From assembly GCA_021155045.1 (NCBI GenBank), contig JAJNQB010000016.1, positions 3,109 through 67,108 on the forward strand: 64,000 nt of DNA, written 5' to 3'. The notes beneath the pieces were generated by a model, which saw only the letters and a program-made list of their open reading frames with translations, was not told the origin of the DNA and made no database searches. Made by a program: the position numbers and the translations under genes. The DNA comes from Arcticibacter sp. GTDB taxonomy: Bacteria > Bacteroidota > Bacteroidia > 2-12-FULL-35-15. Below, piece by piece: positions 41,024 to 49,934 of this stretch; positions within the stretch are counted from its first letter, which is position 1; every line of letters starts with the position of its first letter.

Positions 41024-42292
41024 ATGAATATACTAATTAAAAAAGCCAAAATTATTTCAACGGATAGTCCATACAATGGAAAGGTGATGGATATTTTAAT
41101 TGAAAATGGAATTATTAAATCAATTAAGGCTAAAATCACATCTGAAAAATCGGTTAAAGAAATTGAAGCAGACAATTTGTATGTTTCAGCCGGTTGGTTT
41201 GATATGCAAGTAAATTTTTGTGACCCTGGGGATGAATACAAAGAAGATTTATTAACAGGATCAAAAGCAGCAATGGTTGGAGGATTCACGGGAGTGGCAG
41301 TTGTTCCTTCCACCAAACCTCCAATATATACAAAAGCACAAGTAGAATATATTAAAAACAAAGCACAAAATTTTTTGATAGATATTTACCCAATTGGAAG
41401 CCTTTCGGCTCATATTGAAGGAAAAGATATGTCTGAAATGTATGATATGTATTTATCGGGAGCTGTAGCATTTTCAGATGATAAGAAAGCGGTAACCGAT
41501 GCTGGCTTGTTGCTAAGAAGTTTGCTTTACGCAAAAAATTTTGGCGGAAAAATAATAACACATTGTGATGAAAAAGGAATTTCATTAGACGGACAAATAA
41601 ATGAAGGAGAGATGTCTGTTAATCTCGGATTTAAAGGAATTCCAGCCTTAGCAGAAGAACTAATGGTTAGTCGAAATTTATTTTTAGCAGAATATACGGA
41701 TGCCGCAATACACATCGCAAATGTTTCTACAGCAAAATCGGTTGAATTGATTAAACACGCTAAATCAAAAGGAATAAAAGTAACTGCCTCTGCTAATGTT
41801 TACAGCTTAGTTTTAGATGAAACCGTTTTAAAAGAATTTGATACGAACTACAAATTAAACCCTCCATTAAGAACAAAAAAAGATGTAGAAGTCCTTCAAA
41901 AGGCTTTATCCGATGGAATAATAGATGTTTTAACAAGCGACCACAGACCTCAAGATGTTGAGTCGAAAGCAGTAGAATTTGATTATGCTGCCAACGGAAT
42001 GATTGGGTTAGAAATAGCTTTCGCTTTGATTAATACACATAAAACAAAAATAAAAATGGAGGATATAATCACTAGTATTGCTGAAAACCCTAGAAAAGTA
42101 TTAGGACTGAACAATACAGCAATAAAAGAAGGAGAAAAAGCAAACATTACATTATTTAATCCTGATATAGAATGGATATTTGAGCTAAAAGATATCTACT
42201 CTAAATCTAGAAACACGCCATTTGTGGGAAAAAAGCTTAAAGGAAAGGTTTTAGGTGTTATAAACAACAATCAGTTAAACTTAAATAAATAA
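41024..42292 (+). CDS. dihydroorotase-like amidohydrolase, probably catalytically inactive (PyrC'-like)
   Basis: Collinear with class I dihydroorotases (e.g. B. subtilis PyrC; TNYKLNPPLR matches TNYKMNPPLR). GFVDLHVHFREPG is replaced by GWFDMQVNFCDPG and TDHAPH by SDHRPQ, so several metal/catalytic His are absent. Confidence 0.7.
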   Translation: MNILIKKAKIISTDSPYNGKVMDILIENGIIKSIKAKITSEKSVKEIEADNLYVSAGWFDMQVNFCDPGDEYKEDLLTGSKAAMVGGFTGVAVVPSTKPPIYTKAQVEYIKNKAQNFLIDIYPIGSLSAHIEGKDMSEMYDMYLSGAVAFSDDKKAVTDAGLLLRSLLYAKNFGGKIITHCDEKGISLDGQINEGEMSVNLGFKGIPALAEELMVSRNLFLAEYTDAAIHIANVSTAKSVELIKHAKSKGIKVTASANVYSLVLDETVLKEFDTNYKLNPPLRTKKDVEVLQKALSDGIIDVLTSDHRPQDVESKAVEFDYAANGMIGLEIAFALINTHKTKIKMEDIITSIAENPRKVLGLNNTAIKEGEKANITLFNPDIEWIFELKDIYSKSRNTPFVGKKLKGKVLGVINNNQLNLNK

Positions 42293-42297
42293 AGGGT

Positions 42298-42376
42298 AGT
42301 TCTAAAAATTAACATTTTAACTCCCCTCTATTGATAGCAGCAGCGGTGTGTAATTGAAAAAACTATTTTTAGAACT
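42298..42376. repeat. MITE-like palindromic intergenic element, copy A (79 bp, 12 bp TIR)
   Basis: agttctaaaaat...atttttagaact terminal inverted repeats flank an internal GC-rich hairpin region (ccCCTCTattgatag...). It starts 5 nt after the stop codon of 41024..42292. Confidence 0.65.
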
Positions 42377-42388
42377 GCGCTAAAGATG

Positions 42389-42430
42389 AACGATTCTTTA
42401 AAATAGCTTTTTGTAGAATCGTTTTTTTTT
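42389..42430 (+). terminator. putative rho-independent terminator
   Basis: aacgattct-(16 nt loop)-agaatcgtt perfect 9 bp stem followed by ttttttttt. The loop is long for an intrinsic terminator. Confidence 0.45.
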
Positions 42431-42490
42431 GTAGTTTAGCACATCAAAAAATTAAATCAACTAAGAACTTAAACAATAAAACAAAACGAA

Positions 42491-43360
42491 ATGTCACCAA
42501 ACCCTAAACTATTAGTAATAAAAGGTTCGCTGTTTTTAGCAGCATCAATTTTATTTATCTCTTGCGGGAATGAAACTCCTAAAGATGAAAATCTAAATGT
42601 AACAACAGAAGATACTACTTTTTCTGTTGAAACATCTGATGTTTCTTATTCTTTACCATCTCCTTTGCAAATTGCATCTATTTTTAAAAAATCAGGATTA
42701 AAATTTAAGGCTGGTATTACTAGTCAAGAAAAAGACCCAGGAAAATACACGACTAACTTAAGTAAAGCATTAAATCTTGGTGTTTATAGTGCAGACCTTT
42801 CTTATACTGTATTAAATAAACAAAGCCAAGAAGCGATGAACTATATGAAGTTAAGCCGTCAATTGGCTGACAATTTAGGTATGGGTTCTGTTTTTGAAGA
42901 GGCAAATTTATCGAAACGTTTTGAGAAAAATTTGAGCAACGAAGATTCATTAGCATACATTATTGCAGAATTACAAATGGTAACAGACATGTATTTAGAT
43001 GAAAACGACCAGCAACAAATTACATCTATTGTATTTTCTGGTGCTTGGATTGAGAGTATGTACGTAGGCTCTAAAGTATTTGAAAAAGAGAAAGACAAAG
43101 AATTAAATAACAAACTTGCTGAACAAATGACCATTTTAAGCAGCATCATTGGAGCTTTAAAAGCACAAGAAGCTAAAGACCCAAATATGGCGTCACTTAT
43201 TGCAGATTTAGAATCGGTAAAAACAATTTATGTTTCGTTGCCTTCAGTAAAAAATGCAACGGCTGATTCGGATGACAAACAAATGACTTTGACTGATGAT
43301 GAAACAGCTCAATTAACTAAAAAAATTGAAGAGTTAAGAACAAAATTTATTAAAGGTTAA
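42491..43360 (+). CDS. hypothetical lipoprotein (paralog of 4259..5113)
   Basis: Lipobox LFISCGN. Shares multiple conserved blocks with 4259..5113. Confidence 0.55.
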   Translation: MSPNPKLLVIKGSLFLAASILFISCGNETPKDENLNVTTEDTTFSVETSDVSYSLPSPLQIASIFKKSGLKFKAGITSQEKDPGKYTTNLSKALNLGVYSADLSYTVLNKQSQEAMNYMKLSRQLADNLGMGSVFEEANLSKRFEKNLSNEDSLAYIIAELQMVTDMYLDENDQQQITSIVFSGAWIESMYVGSKVFEKEKDKELNNKLAEQMTILSSIIGALKAQEAKDPNMASLIADLESVKTIYVSLPSVKNATADSDDKQMTLTDDETAQLTKKIEELRTKFIKG

Positions 43361-43450
43361 TTCTTTTGAATTAACTTGAATAAAACAAAATAGATTAGAA
43401 ATAGCCAGCAAATGTGGAAGGCATAGATGAATTTTAAAATTATTTAAATT

Positions 43451-43921
43451 ATGAAAAAAATAGCACTTATCGGGTCTCTTTCTTTAGCTTTAGCTTATGG
43501 ATTTACAACCATTCAACAAGCTGATAATTGTGATAAAAAAGCCATCACAACAAGTTTAAAAAAAGCACTAGACCCATTCAAATACGATAGCCAAAAATTT
43601 ACTAAAGTTAATTTTACTAAGAAAACACAGCAATTAGAAGTGGAAGTACCCGTATTTATTGGTGAAAAATACAGATTGGTTTTTAATACATCTGGTTTGC
43701 CAAAACCTATTGCAATTAGTATTTACACAAAAGACAAAGAATCTAAAAAAAGAGAAGCTATTTATACAAATAAAAATGTAAAAAATGGCGAAATGGAAAT
43801 TGTTTTTGATGCTCCTCGTGTTCGTAAAATGTTTATAGATTATGATGTGCCTCTTGATAGCACTGCAACTCCCTCAAACAGAATTTCTGGCTGTGTTGCA
43901 TTTATGGTAGGTTATAAATAA
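43451..43921 (+). CDS. small secreted Cys-containing protein, tandem paralog 1 of 3
   Basis: Signal peptide. Conserved blocks shared with 43979 and 44462: an N-proximal Cys just after the signal peptide, the F..K.Q..E....F.G(E/Q)KY(R/K)(L/I)VF.(T/S)SG(L/F) block, YIDY(D/E)(V/L)P, and a C-terminal GCVAFMVGYK. Confidence 0.6.
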   Translation: MKKIALIGSLSLALAYGFTTIQQADNCDKKAITTSLKKALDPFKYDSQKFTKVNFTKKTQQLEVEVPVFIGEKYRLVFNTSGLPKPIAISIYTKDKESKKREAIYTNKNVKNGEMEIVFDAPRVRKMFIDYDVPLDSTATPSNRISGCVAFMVGYK

Positions 43922-43978
43922 ATTGCAACTTTATTTGTAATTTTTCGTAGGAGAACCAAGATCAAACATACTGAAACT

Positions 43979-44458
43979 ATGAAAAGACTAAACTATTTAT
44001 TTATAGGACTTGTGGTTAGTTGTTTATTAATAGCTAACCACAATTTTTTTGCGCAATGCAAACCTAAAGCTATTGTAAAAGGTTGTAAATCCAACATTAC
44101 AAAACCATATAAATACAATGGCTATGCAATAAGTGAGTTTACTTTTAATGATAAAACACAAAAAATTGAGGTACAGTTTACTGCTTTTCAAGGTCAAAAA
44201 TATAGAATTGTGTTTTGTTCCTCAGGATTTGAAGAAAACGTAACACTTAATATTTTTGATAAAAGTGTTAGGGTAAAAAATGGAAGAAATAAATTGTATG
44301 ACAATTCGCAAGGAATTGATAATAATTTTTGGGTGTTTGAACCACCTAAGTCTGGTAATTATTATATTGAATACGAAGTCCCACCAAGTACAAACGGTCA
44401 AGTAAAAAAAGGTTGTGTAGTTATGTTAATTGGTTATATCGAAAAAGAAGAAAACTAA
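43979..44458 (+). CDS. small secreted Cys-containing protein, tandem paralog 2 of 3
   Basis: Signal peptide. AQCKPK, PYKYNGY, QKIEVQFTAFQGQKYRIVFCSSGF, YYIEYEVP, and GCVVMLIGY. Confidence 0.6.
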   Translation: MKRLNYLFIGLVVSCLLIANHNFFAQCKPKAIVKGCKSNITKPYKYNGYAISEFTFNDKTQKIEVQFTAFQGQKYRIVFCSSGFEENVTLNIFDKSVRVKNGRNKLYDNSQGIDNNFWVFEPPKSGNYYIEYEVPPSTNGQVKKGCVVMLIGYIEKEEN

Positions 44459-44461
44459 TGT

Positions 44462-44911
44462 ATGAAGCTTAGGTCGCTTACAATAATTTTTCTATTCTCG
44501 CTTTTAAACGCATCTGTTTATGCTCAATGCCCAATTGCTGAAATTGTAAAAAACAACAAATCGAAAATTTCTCCTCCTTACATTTATGATGGATTTAATA
44601 TAAGTAATTTAAACTTTGATGAAAATGTAAAAACAGTTCACTCAGAGTTTACAGCTTTAAAAGGTCAGAAATATAAATTATTCATTTGTTCTTCTGGTTT
44701 TAGTGAAGTTGTTAAAATAAAAATTTCCTATAAACATCCCAAAAAAGACGAAACAGCCAAATTGTTTGAAACTACAGTTGGTGGTCCTGTTGATTATTAT
44801 TCTTTTGAGCCAACGCAACCAGGTACATATTATATCGATTATGAATTACCTATCACATCCGTTGGTAATTCCCACAAAGAATGTGTTATGCTTTTAATAA
44901 GCTACAAATAA
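44462..44911 (+). CDS. small secreted Cys-containing protein, tandem paralog 3 of 3
   Basis: Signal peptide. AQCPIA, PPYIYDGF, LKGQKYKLFICSSGF, YYIDYELP, and ECVMLLISYK. Starts 3 nt after the stop of paralog 2. Confidence 0.6.
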   Translation: MKLRSLTIIFLFSLLNASVYAQCPIAEIVKNNKSKISPPYIYDGFNISNLNFDENVKTVHSEFTALKGQKYKLFICSSGFSEVVKIKISYKHPKKDETAKLFETTVGGPVDYYSFEPTQPGTYYIDYELPITSVGNSHKECVMLLISYK

Positions 44912-44980
44912 GCCATTTTTATAATTAATTATTGCTACACTTTTGTATATTTGTTTTTGCTTGTATTCAGCTAGTGTAAT

Positions 44981-46966
44981 ATGATTAAAAAATCTACTCT
45001 TCTTTTTTTTACATTCATTATCTGTTGCTTTAGTGGTATTACACAAAGTTCCGATTCTCTACGCAATTATTATTTAAACAAAAAAAATCCTGATTCATTA
45101 AGGTTAGAAGCTTTAAATGATTTGGCATGGAATACATTGTATAGCAATCCTGATTCTGCATATATTCTTGGACATGAAGAACTTGAAGTTGCGAGAACAA
45201 AAAAACTTAAAAAATGGGAAGCAAAAGCATTAAATACTATTGGTGCTTCTTATCAAATAAAAGGCAACTATTTAAAAGCCATTGATTTTTATCAGCAAAG
45301 CTTAAAAGTAAGTGAAGCTGTTGGCGAAATGAAGCGAGTAGCATCTTCTCTTGCTAATATTGGTAGTTTGTATATAAATATTGGCGAATTTGAAAAAGCC
45401 TTAGACTATCAAAATAAAAGTTTGGTGTTGTTTCGTAAGCTCAATATGAAAGAAGGTATGGCAAGCGCATTAAATAATATTGGTATTATTTATAACAATA
45501 TTGCTAATTATGAAAAAGCTCTTGAATACAATCAACAAGGCTTGGCTTTGTACGAAGAGCTAGGCGATAAACAAGGAATAGCCGCTGCTACCGGAAATAT
45601 TGGAAACATTTATTTAAGCCTCAAAAATTATGAGAAAGCTTTAGAATATCAACAAAAAAGTTTGTTGATAACACAAGAAATTGGTGATAACCCTGGAACG
45701 TCAGGAACATTAACTAATATTGGACGAACATTATTTAAACAAAAAAAATATGAGCAAGCTTTAGATTATTTGAATAAAGGAATGAAGCTGGCAAAAGAAA
45801 CGGAAGATTTGTTTTCTCAAAGAGAAGCTTCTTATGTGTTGTATGAAGTATATAAATTAAAAAACAATCATCAAAAATCTTTAGAAAATTATGAGCAATA
45901 TGTTTCTTTACGAGATAGCATTTTAAAAGAAGATAACCAACGTGAAATTCAAAGGAAAGAGTTGGAATACGAATATGAAAAAAAAGCAGCAGCAGATAGT
46001 GTTAGAAATGAAGATGAAAAGCAAGTGAAAGATGCCTTGATTATGGCTAAAAATGCACAAATAGAACAAGATAAAACACAAAAGGTTGCACTTTTTGGTG
46101 GAGTGATTTTGCTAATACTTTTTGGTGTATTTATTTATTCACGTTTTAGGCTGTCGCAAAATCAAAAACAAATAATTGAAATAAAAAGTAAAGAAACAGA
46201 AGAACAAAAAGCAATCATAGAAGAAAAGCAAAAAGAAATTCTTTCTTCTATTTCGTATGCAAAGCGTATTCAATATACATTATTAGCTAATGATGAACTT
46301 TTGAACAGAAATATTCCAAATTATTTTATACTTTTTAAACCAAAAGATATTGTAAGTGGTGATTTTTATTGGGCTACGGAAAATGAATCTGGATTTTATT
46401 TAGCTGTATGCGATAGTACAGGGCATGGCGTTCCGGGTGCTTTTATGAGTTTATTAAATATCTCGTTTTTGAATGAAGCTATTAACGAGAAAAAAATTTC
46501 TAATCCTAACGAAGTATTTACGCATGTTAGAAAACGATTGATTGATAGCATTAGCTCTGATGGCGCACAAGATGGAATGGATGCAACTTTAATTCGGTTT
46601 GTAAACAACAAAATAGAATATGCTTCTGCCAATAATTCACCAATTTTAATCAGAAACAAACAAGCCATTGATTTGCCTTATGATAAAATGCCGATAGGAA
46701 AAAGTGAATTACTGAAAGAATTTAATAAATATACTTTTGATTACGAAAAAGGGGATATGATTTATTTTTGTACAGATGGATTTGCTGATCAATTTGGTGG
46801 TGAACAAGGTAAAAAGTTTAAACATAAACAGCTTCAAGAAACATTGTTGAACATATACAACAAGCCTTTGGCAGAACAGAAAAAAATGCTAACTGAAACA
46901 TTCGAATTTTGGAAAGGGAATTTAGAACAAGTAGATGATGTTTGTATTGTAGGAATAAAACTCTAA
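44981..46966 (+). CDS. TPR-repeat sensor protein with C-terminal PP2C/SpoIIE-type serine phosphatase domain
   Basis: Signal peptide. About 7 TPR units (ALNNIGIIYNNIANYEKALEY-type repeats), a single TM (VALFGGVILLILFGVFIY), and a PP2C/SpoIIE domain (SGDFYWATENESGFYLAVCDSTGHGVPGAFMS). Confidence 0.8.
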   Translation: MIKKSTLLFFTFIICCFSGITQSSDSLRNYYLNKKNPDSLRLEALNDLAWNTLYSNPDSAYILGHEELEVARTKKLKKWEAKALNTIGASYQIKGNYLKAIDFYQQSLKVSEAVGEMKRVASSLANIGSLYINIGEFEKALDYQNKSLVLFRKLNMKEGMASALNNIGIIYNNIANYEKALEYNQQGLALYEELGDKQGIAAATGNIGNIYLSLKNYEKALEYQQKSLLITQEIGDNPGTSGTLTNIGRTLFKQKKYEQALDYLNKGMKLAKETEDLFSQREASYVLYEVYKLKNNHQKSLENYEQYVSLRDSILKEDNQREIQRKELEYEYEKKAAADSVRNEDEKQVKDALIMAKNAQIEQDKTQKVALFGGVILLILFGVFIYSRFRLSQNQKQIIEIKSKETEEQKAIIEEKQKEILSSISYAKRIQYTLLANDELLNRNIPNYFILFKPKDIVSGDFYWATENESGFYLAVCDSTGHGVPGAFMSLLNISFLNEAINEKKISNPNEVFTHVRKRLIDSISSDGAQDGMDATLIRFVNNKIEYASANNSPILIRNKQAIDLPYDKMPIGKSELLKEFNKYTFDYEKGDMIYFCTDGFADQFGGEQGKKFKHKQLQETLLNIYNKPLAEQKKMLTETFEFWKGNLEQVDDVCIVGIKL

Positions 46967-46971
46967 TTAAT

Positions 46972-48117
46972 TTAAGGCTTAACAGCCTCTTTTACTGGAA
47001 ACAATTCTTTTAATTTGCTAATGGTGTAATCAATTTCTTTTTTTGTATTGTATTTACTAAAAGAAAAACGAACAGAAGGACGGGTAATGTCTGTGCCAAT
47101 ACCTCTTAATACGTGAGAGCCTTGGCTACTACCACTTGTGCAAGCACTTCCTCCTGATGCTCCAATACCAGCAATATCTAAATTAAAAAGCAGCATTTCT
47201 GCATTGTCGGTATGTGGAAAGCGTACATTTAAAACAGTATATAAACAATTATCTAAACAGGCTCCGTTAAACTCCACACTTGGTATTATTGCTTTTAATT
47301 GTTCGATCATGTATGTTTTTAATCCCATTATATAATTTTCATGCTCTTTCATTTCACGTTGAGCAATTTCTAATGCTTTAGCTAATCCAATAATTCCGTA
47401 TAGGTTTTCTGTTCCTCCTCTCATGTTTCTTTCTTGAGAGCCACCATAAATCAATGGGTTGATTTTAATTTTATTGCTGATGTACAAAAAGCCAATGCCT
47501 TTGGGTCCATGAAATTTGTGTGCAGCACAAGTAATAAAGTGAACATTTATTTTTTGCAAATCCATTTCGTAATGCCCCATCGTTTGCACGGTATCGGAAT
47601 GAAATACCGCATTGTATTTTTCACAAATAGAACCAACTTTTTCTATTGGCAAAAGGTTTCCAATTTCGTTATTTGCATGCATCAAAGAAACAAATGTTCT
47701 TTCGTTTTCTTTTAGTAATTGTTCAAGGTGTTCTAAATCAACATGACCGTTTGGTGTTAGCTTAACAAAACTTAATTTAATAATACCATCCTGCTCCAGC
47801 GCTTCTAAAGTGTGCAATACAGCGTGATGTTCAATTTTGCTTGTAATAGCATGTTTTATTCCTAAATCATTGATGCTGCAACGTATTGCTTGGTTGTCAG
47901 CTTCTGTTCCTCCTGATGTAAAAAATATTTCGGAAGGAGATACATTTAAAAATTTAGCAACCGATTTTCTAGCACCTTCAATAGCAGCACGAGTTTTGCG
48001 TCCAAATCCATGAATAGAAGATGGATTGCCAAAATGTTCGGTCATGTATGGAAGCATTGTTTCCAATACTTCTTTATCTAGTGGAGTAGTAGCAGCATTA
48101 TCTAAATATACTTTCAT
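46972..48117 (-). CDS. cysteine desulfurase (IscS/NifS-like, class V aminotransferase)
   Basis: PLP-lysine region AHKFHGPKGIG and the active-site Cys loop GGSACTSGS. 381 aa. Confidence 0.85.
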   Translation of the reverse strand: MKVYLDNAATTPLDKEVLETMLPYMTEHFGNPSSIHGFGRKTRAAIEGARKSVAKFLNVSPSEIFFTSGGTEADNQAIRCSINDLGIKHAITSKIEHHAVLHTLEALEQDGIIKLSFVKLTPNGHVDLEHLEQLLKENERTFVSLMHANNEIGNLLPIEKVGSICEKYNAVFHSDTVQTMGHYEMDLQKINVHFITCAAHKFHGPKGIGFLYISNKIKINPLIYGGSQERNMRGGTENLYGIIGLAKALEIAQREMKEHENYIMGLKTYMIEQLKAIIPSVEFNGACLDNCLYTVLNVRFPHTDNAEMLLFNLDIAGIGASGGSACTSGSSQGSHVLRGIGTDITRPSVRFSFSKYNTKKEIDYTISKLKELFPVKEAVKP

Positions 48118-48196
48118 GATAAAATAGGTATAATTAAAAGAAAATTTGTTTTATAAATATGGTATATCAACAAAAGTATAGATACTGTTTTTAAAA

Positions 48197-49630
48197 TCAA
48201 ACAGTAATTTGATGGATTTTTATTAATTCACGGATATCTGCCATAATTTTTTTCGCCAAATTGTCTGCGGTTGTTTCACTTTCGCTTTCGGAATATATCC
48301 TAATAATAGGTTCAGTATTTGATTTTCTTAAATGAACCCATTCTTTTTCGAACTCAATTTTTACTCCATCAACAGTATTAATGGGTTGTTTTTTATATTT
48401 TTCTTTTATGTCTTCTAAAATTTTATCGACATTTATTTCGGGTGTAAGTTCAATTTTATTTTTTGAAATATGGTAATTAGGATAAGATGAACGTAGCATG
48501 GAACATGTTTTTCCAAATTTTGCTAAATGAGATAAAAATAAAGCTATTCCTACCAAAGCATCTCTTCCGTAATGTAATTCAGGTAAAATAACTCCGCCAT
48601 TTCCTTCGCCACCAATAATAGCTTTTGTTTCTTTCATCATTTTTACAACATTTACTTCACCAACAGCCGATGCTTTGTAAGTCCCATTGTGTTTTTCTGT
48701 AACATCTCTCAATGCTCTTGTTGATGATAGATTAGAAACAGTATTTCCTTTTTTACTTGATGCTTTTTCAGCAGGAGTGCGTTTGTTTAAAACATATTCT
48801 GCACAAGCAACCAAAGTATATTCTTCGCCAAACATTTCACCATCTTCGCAAACAATAGCTAATCTATCTACATCGGGGTCAACCACAATTCCTAAATGGG
48901 CTTTTTCTTTTATAACTGTTTTTGAAATATCTCTTAAGTTTTCGGGCAATGGTTCTGGATTGTGAGGAAATTCTCCATTGGGTTCGCAGTATAATTTTAC
49001 TATATTTTCAACACCTAATGCCTCTAATAACATCGGAATAACAATGCCTCCAGTAGAATTAACGCAATCAATAGCTACTTTAAATTTTGCTTTTTTAATA
49101 GCTTCCACATCTACTAGTGATAGTGCTAAAATTTTATCAATATGTTTTTTAAAATACGTATCGTTTAGCGTTACTTTTCCTAAATTATTTACATCGGCAA
49201 AGCTGTAGCTTTCATTTTCGGCAATAGTCAAAACTTCAGAGCCATCACCTTCGCTGATAAATTCGCCTTTGTCATTTAATAATTTTAATGCGTTCCATTG
49301 TTTCGGGTTATGGCTTGCTGTTAAAATAATTCCACCATCTGCTTTTTCTTCTGGTACGGCTATTTCAACAGTAGGTGTAGTAGATAGTCCAATATCAATC
49401 ACATTAACTCCAATACCTTGTAATGTACCAATAACCAAATGATTTACCATTTCACCGGATATGCGAGCATCTCTACCAACAACAATAGTTAGTTTTTTAT
49501 TTTTCGAATTTTGTGCTATCCAAGTAGCATAAGCAGCAGTATATTTAACAATGTCTATTGGGCTTAATCCTTCACCTGGCTTTCCTCCAATAGTTCCTCT
49601 TATTCCAGATATTGATTTAATTAATGTCAT
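48197..49630 (-). CDS. glmM: phosphoglucosamine mutase (phosphohexomutase family)
   Basis: Active-site TASHNP (phospho-Ser) motif (GIILTASHNPKQWNALKLL) and a metal-binding DPDVDR motif. 477 aa as in Bacteroidota GlmM. Confidence 0.8.
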   Translation of the reverse strand: MTLIKSISGIRGTIGGKPGEGLSPIDIVKYTAAYATWIAQNSKNKKLTIVVGRDARISGEMVNHLVIGTLQGIGVNVIDIGLSTTPTVEIAVPEEKADGGIILTASHNPKQWNALKLLNDKGEFISEGDGSEVLTIAENESYSFADVNNLGKVTLNDTYFKKHIDKILALSLVDVEAIKKAKFKVAIDCVNSTGGIVIPMLLEALGVENIVKLYCEPNGEFPHNPEPLPENLRDISKTVIKEKAHLGIVVDPDVDRLAIVCEDGEMFGEEYTLVACAEYVLNKRTPAEKASSKKGNTVSNLSSTRALRDVTEKHNGTYKASAVGEVNVVKMMKETKAIIGGEGNGGVILPELHYGRDALVGIALFLSHLAKFGKTCSMLRSSYPNYHISKNKIELTPEINVDKILEDIKEKYKKQPINTVDGVKIEFEKEWVHLRKSNTEPIIRIYSESESETTADNLAKKIMADIRELIKIHQITV

Positions 49631-49653
49631 ACTATTTTTTTATTCTTAAAAGT

Positions 49654-49734
49654 AGTTCTATAAATTAACATTTTATATCTCCTCTGTTAAGAGAAGTAAA
49701 GGGTTTGTAATTGAAAAACTCTATTTTTAGAATT
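49654..49734. repeat. MITE-like palindromic intergenic element, copy B (81 bp)
   Basis: agttctataaat...atttttagaatt TIRs. The internal hairpin tctcctctgttaagagaag carries compensatory-looking changes relative to copy C. Lies 24 nt upstream of the glmM start in a divergent intergenic region. Confidence 0.6.
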
Positions 49735-49934
49735 GCCTTTAATAAAAAATTGAGCCTGCAAATATACTTTATTCGGCAAATTATTTTAAAAATTAGTTCT
49801 CAACAAATTAAATCATTTTGCTGTTTAAAACAATATGTATTTTGTTCTTCAAATTTTATTACTTTCGCTTAAATTTGAAAAATACCCGCTTTTTTGTAGG
49901 TATATTTGTACGTTGAACCCTAAATACTTGACCG

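Noticed and set aside
46975-46988. Hairpin AGGCT-taac-AGCCT followed by CTTTT just after the TPR-PP2C gene stop, overlapping the last codons of the convergent cysteine desulfurase gene
   Set aside because: Only a 5 bp stem and a weak U-tract, and it lies inside coding sequence of the opposite-strand gene. Possibly a weak terminator but not supportable from sequence alone.
48184-48205. 7 bp perfect hairpin (ACTGTTT-ttaaaatc-AAACAGT) overlapping the glmM stop codon, as a terminator for glmM on the minus strand
   Set aside because: Not followed by a clean U-tract on the minus-strand transcript. glmM and the downstream cysteine desulfurase may simply be co-transcribed.
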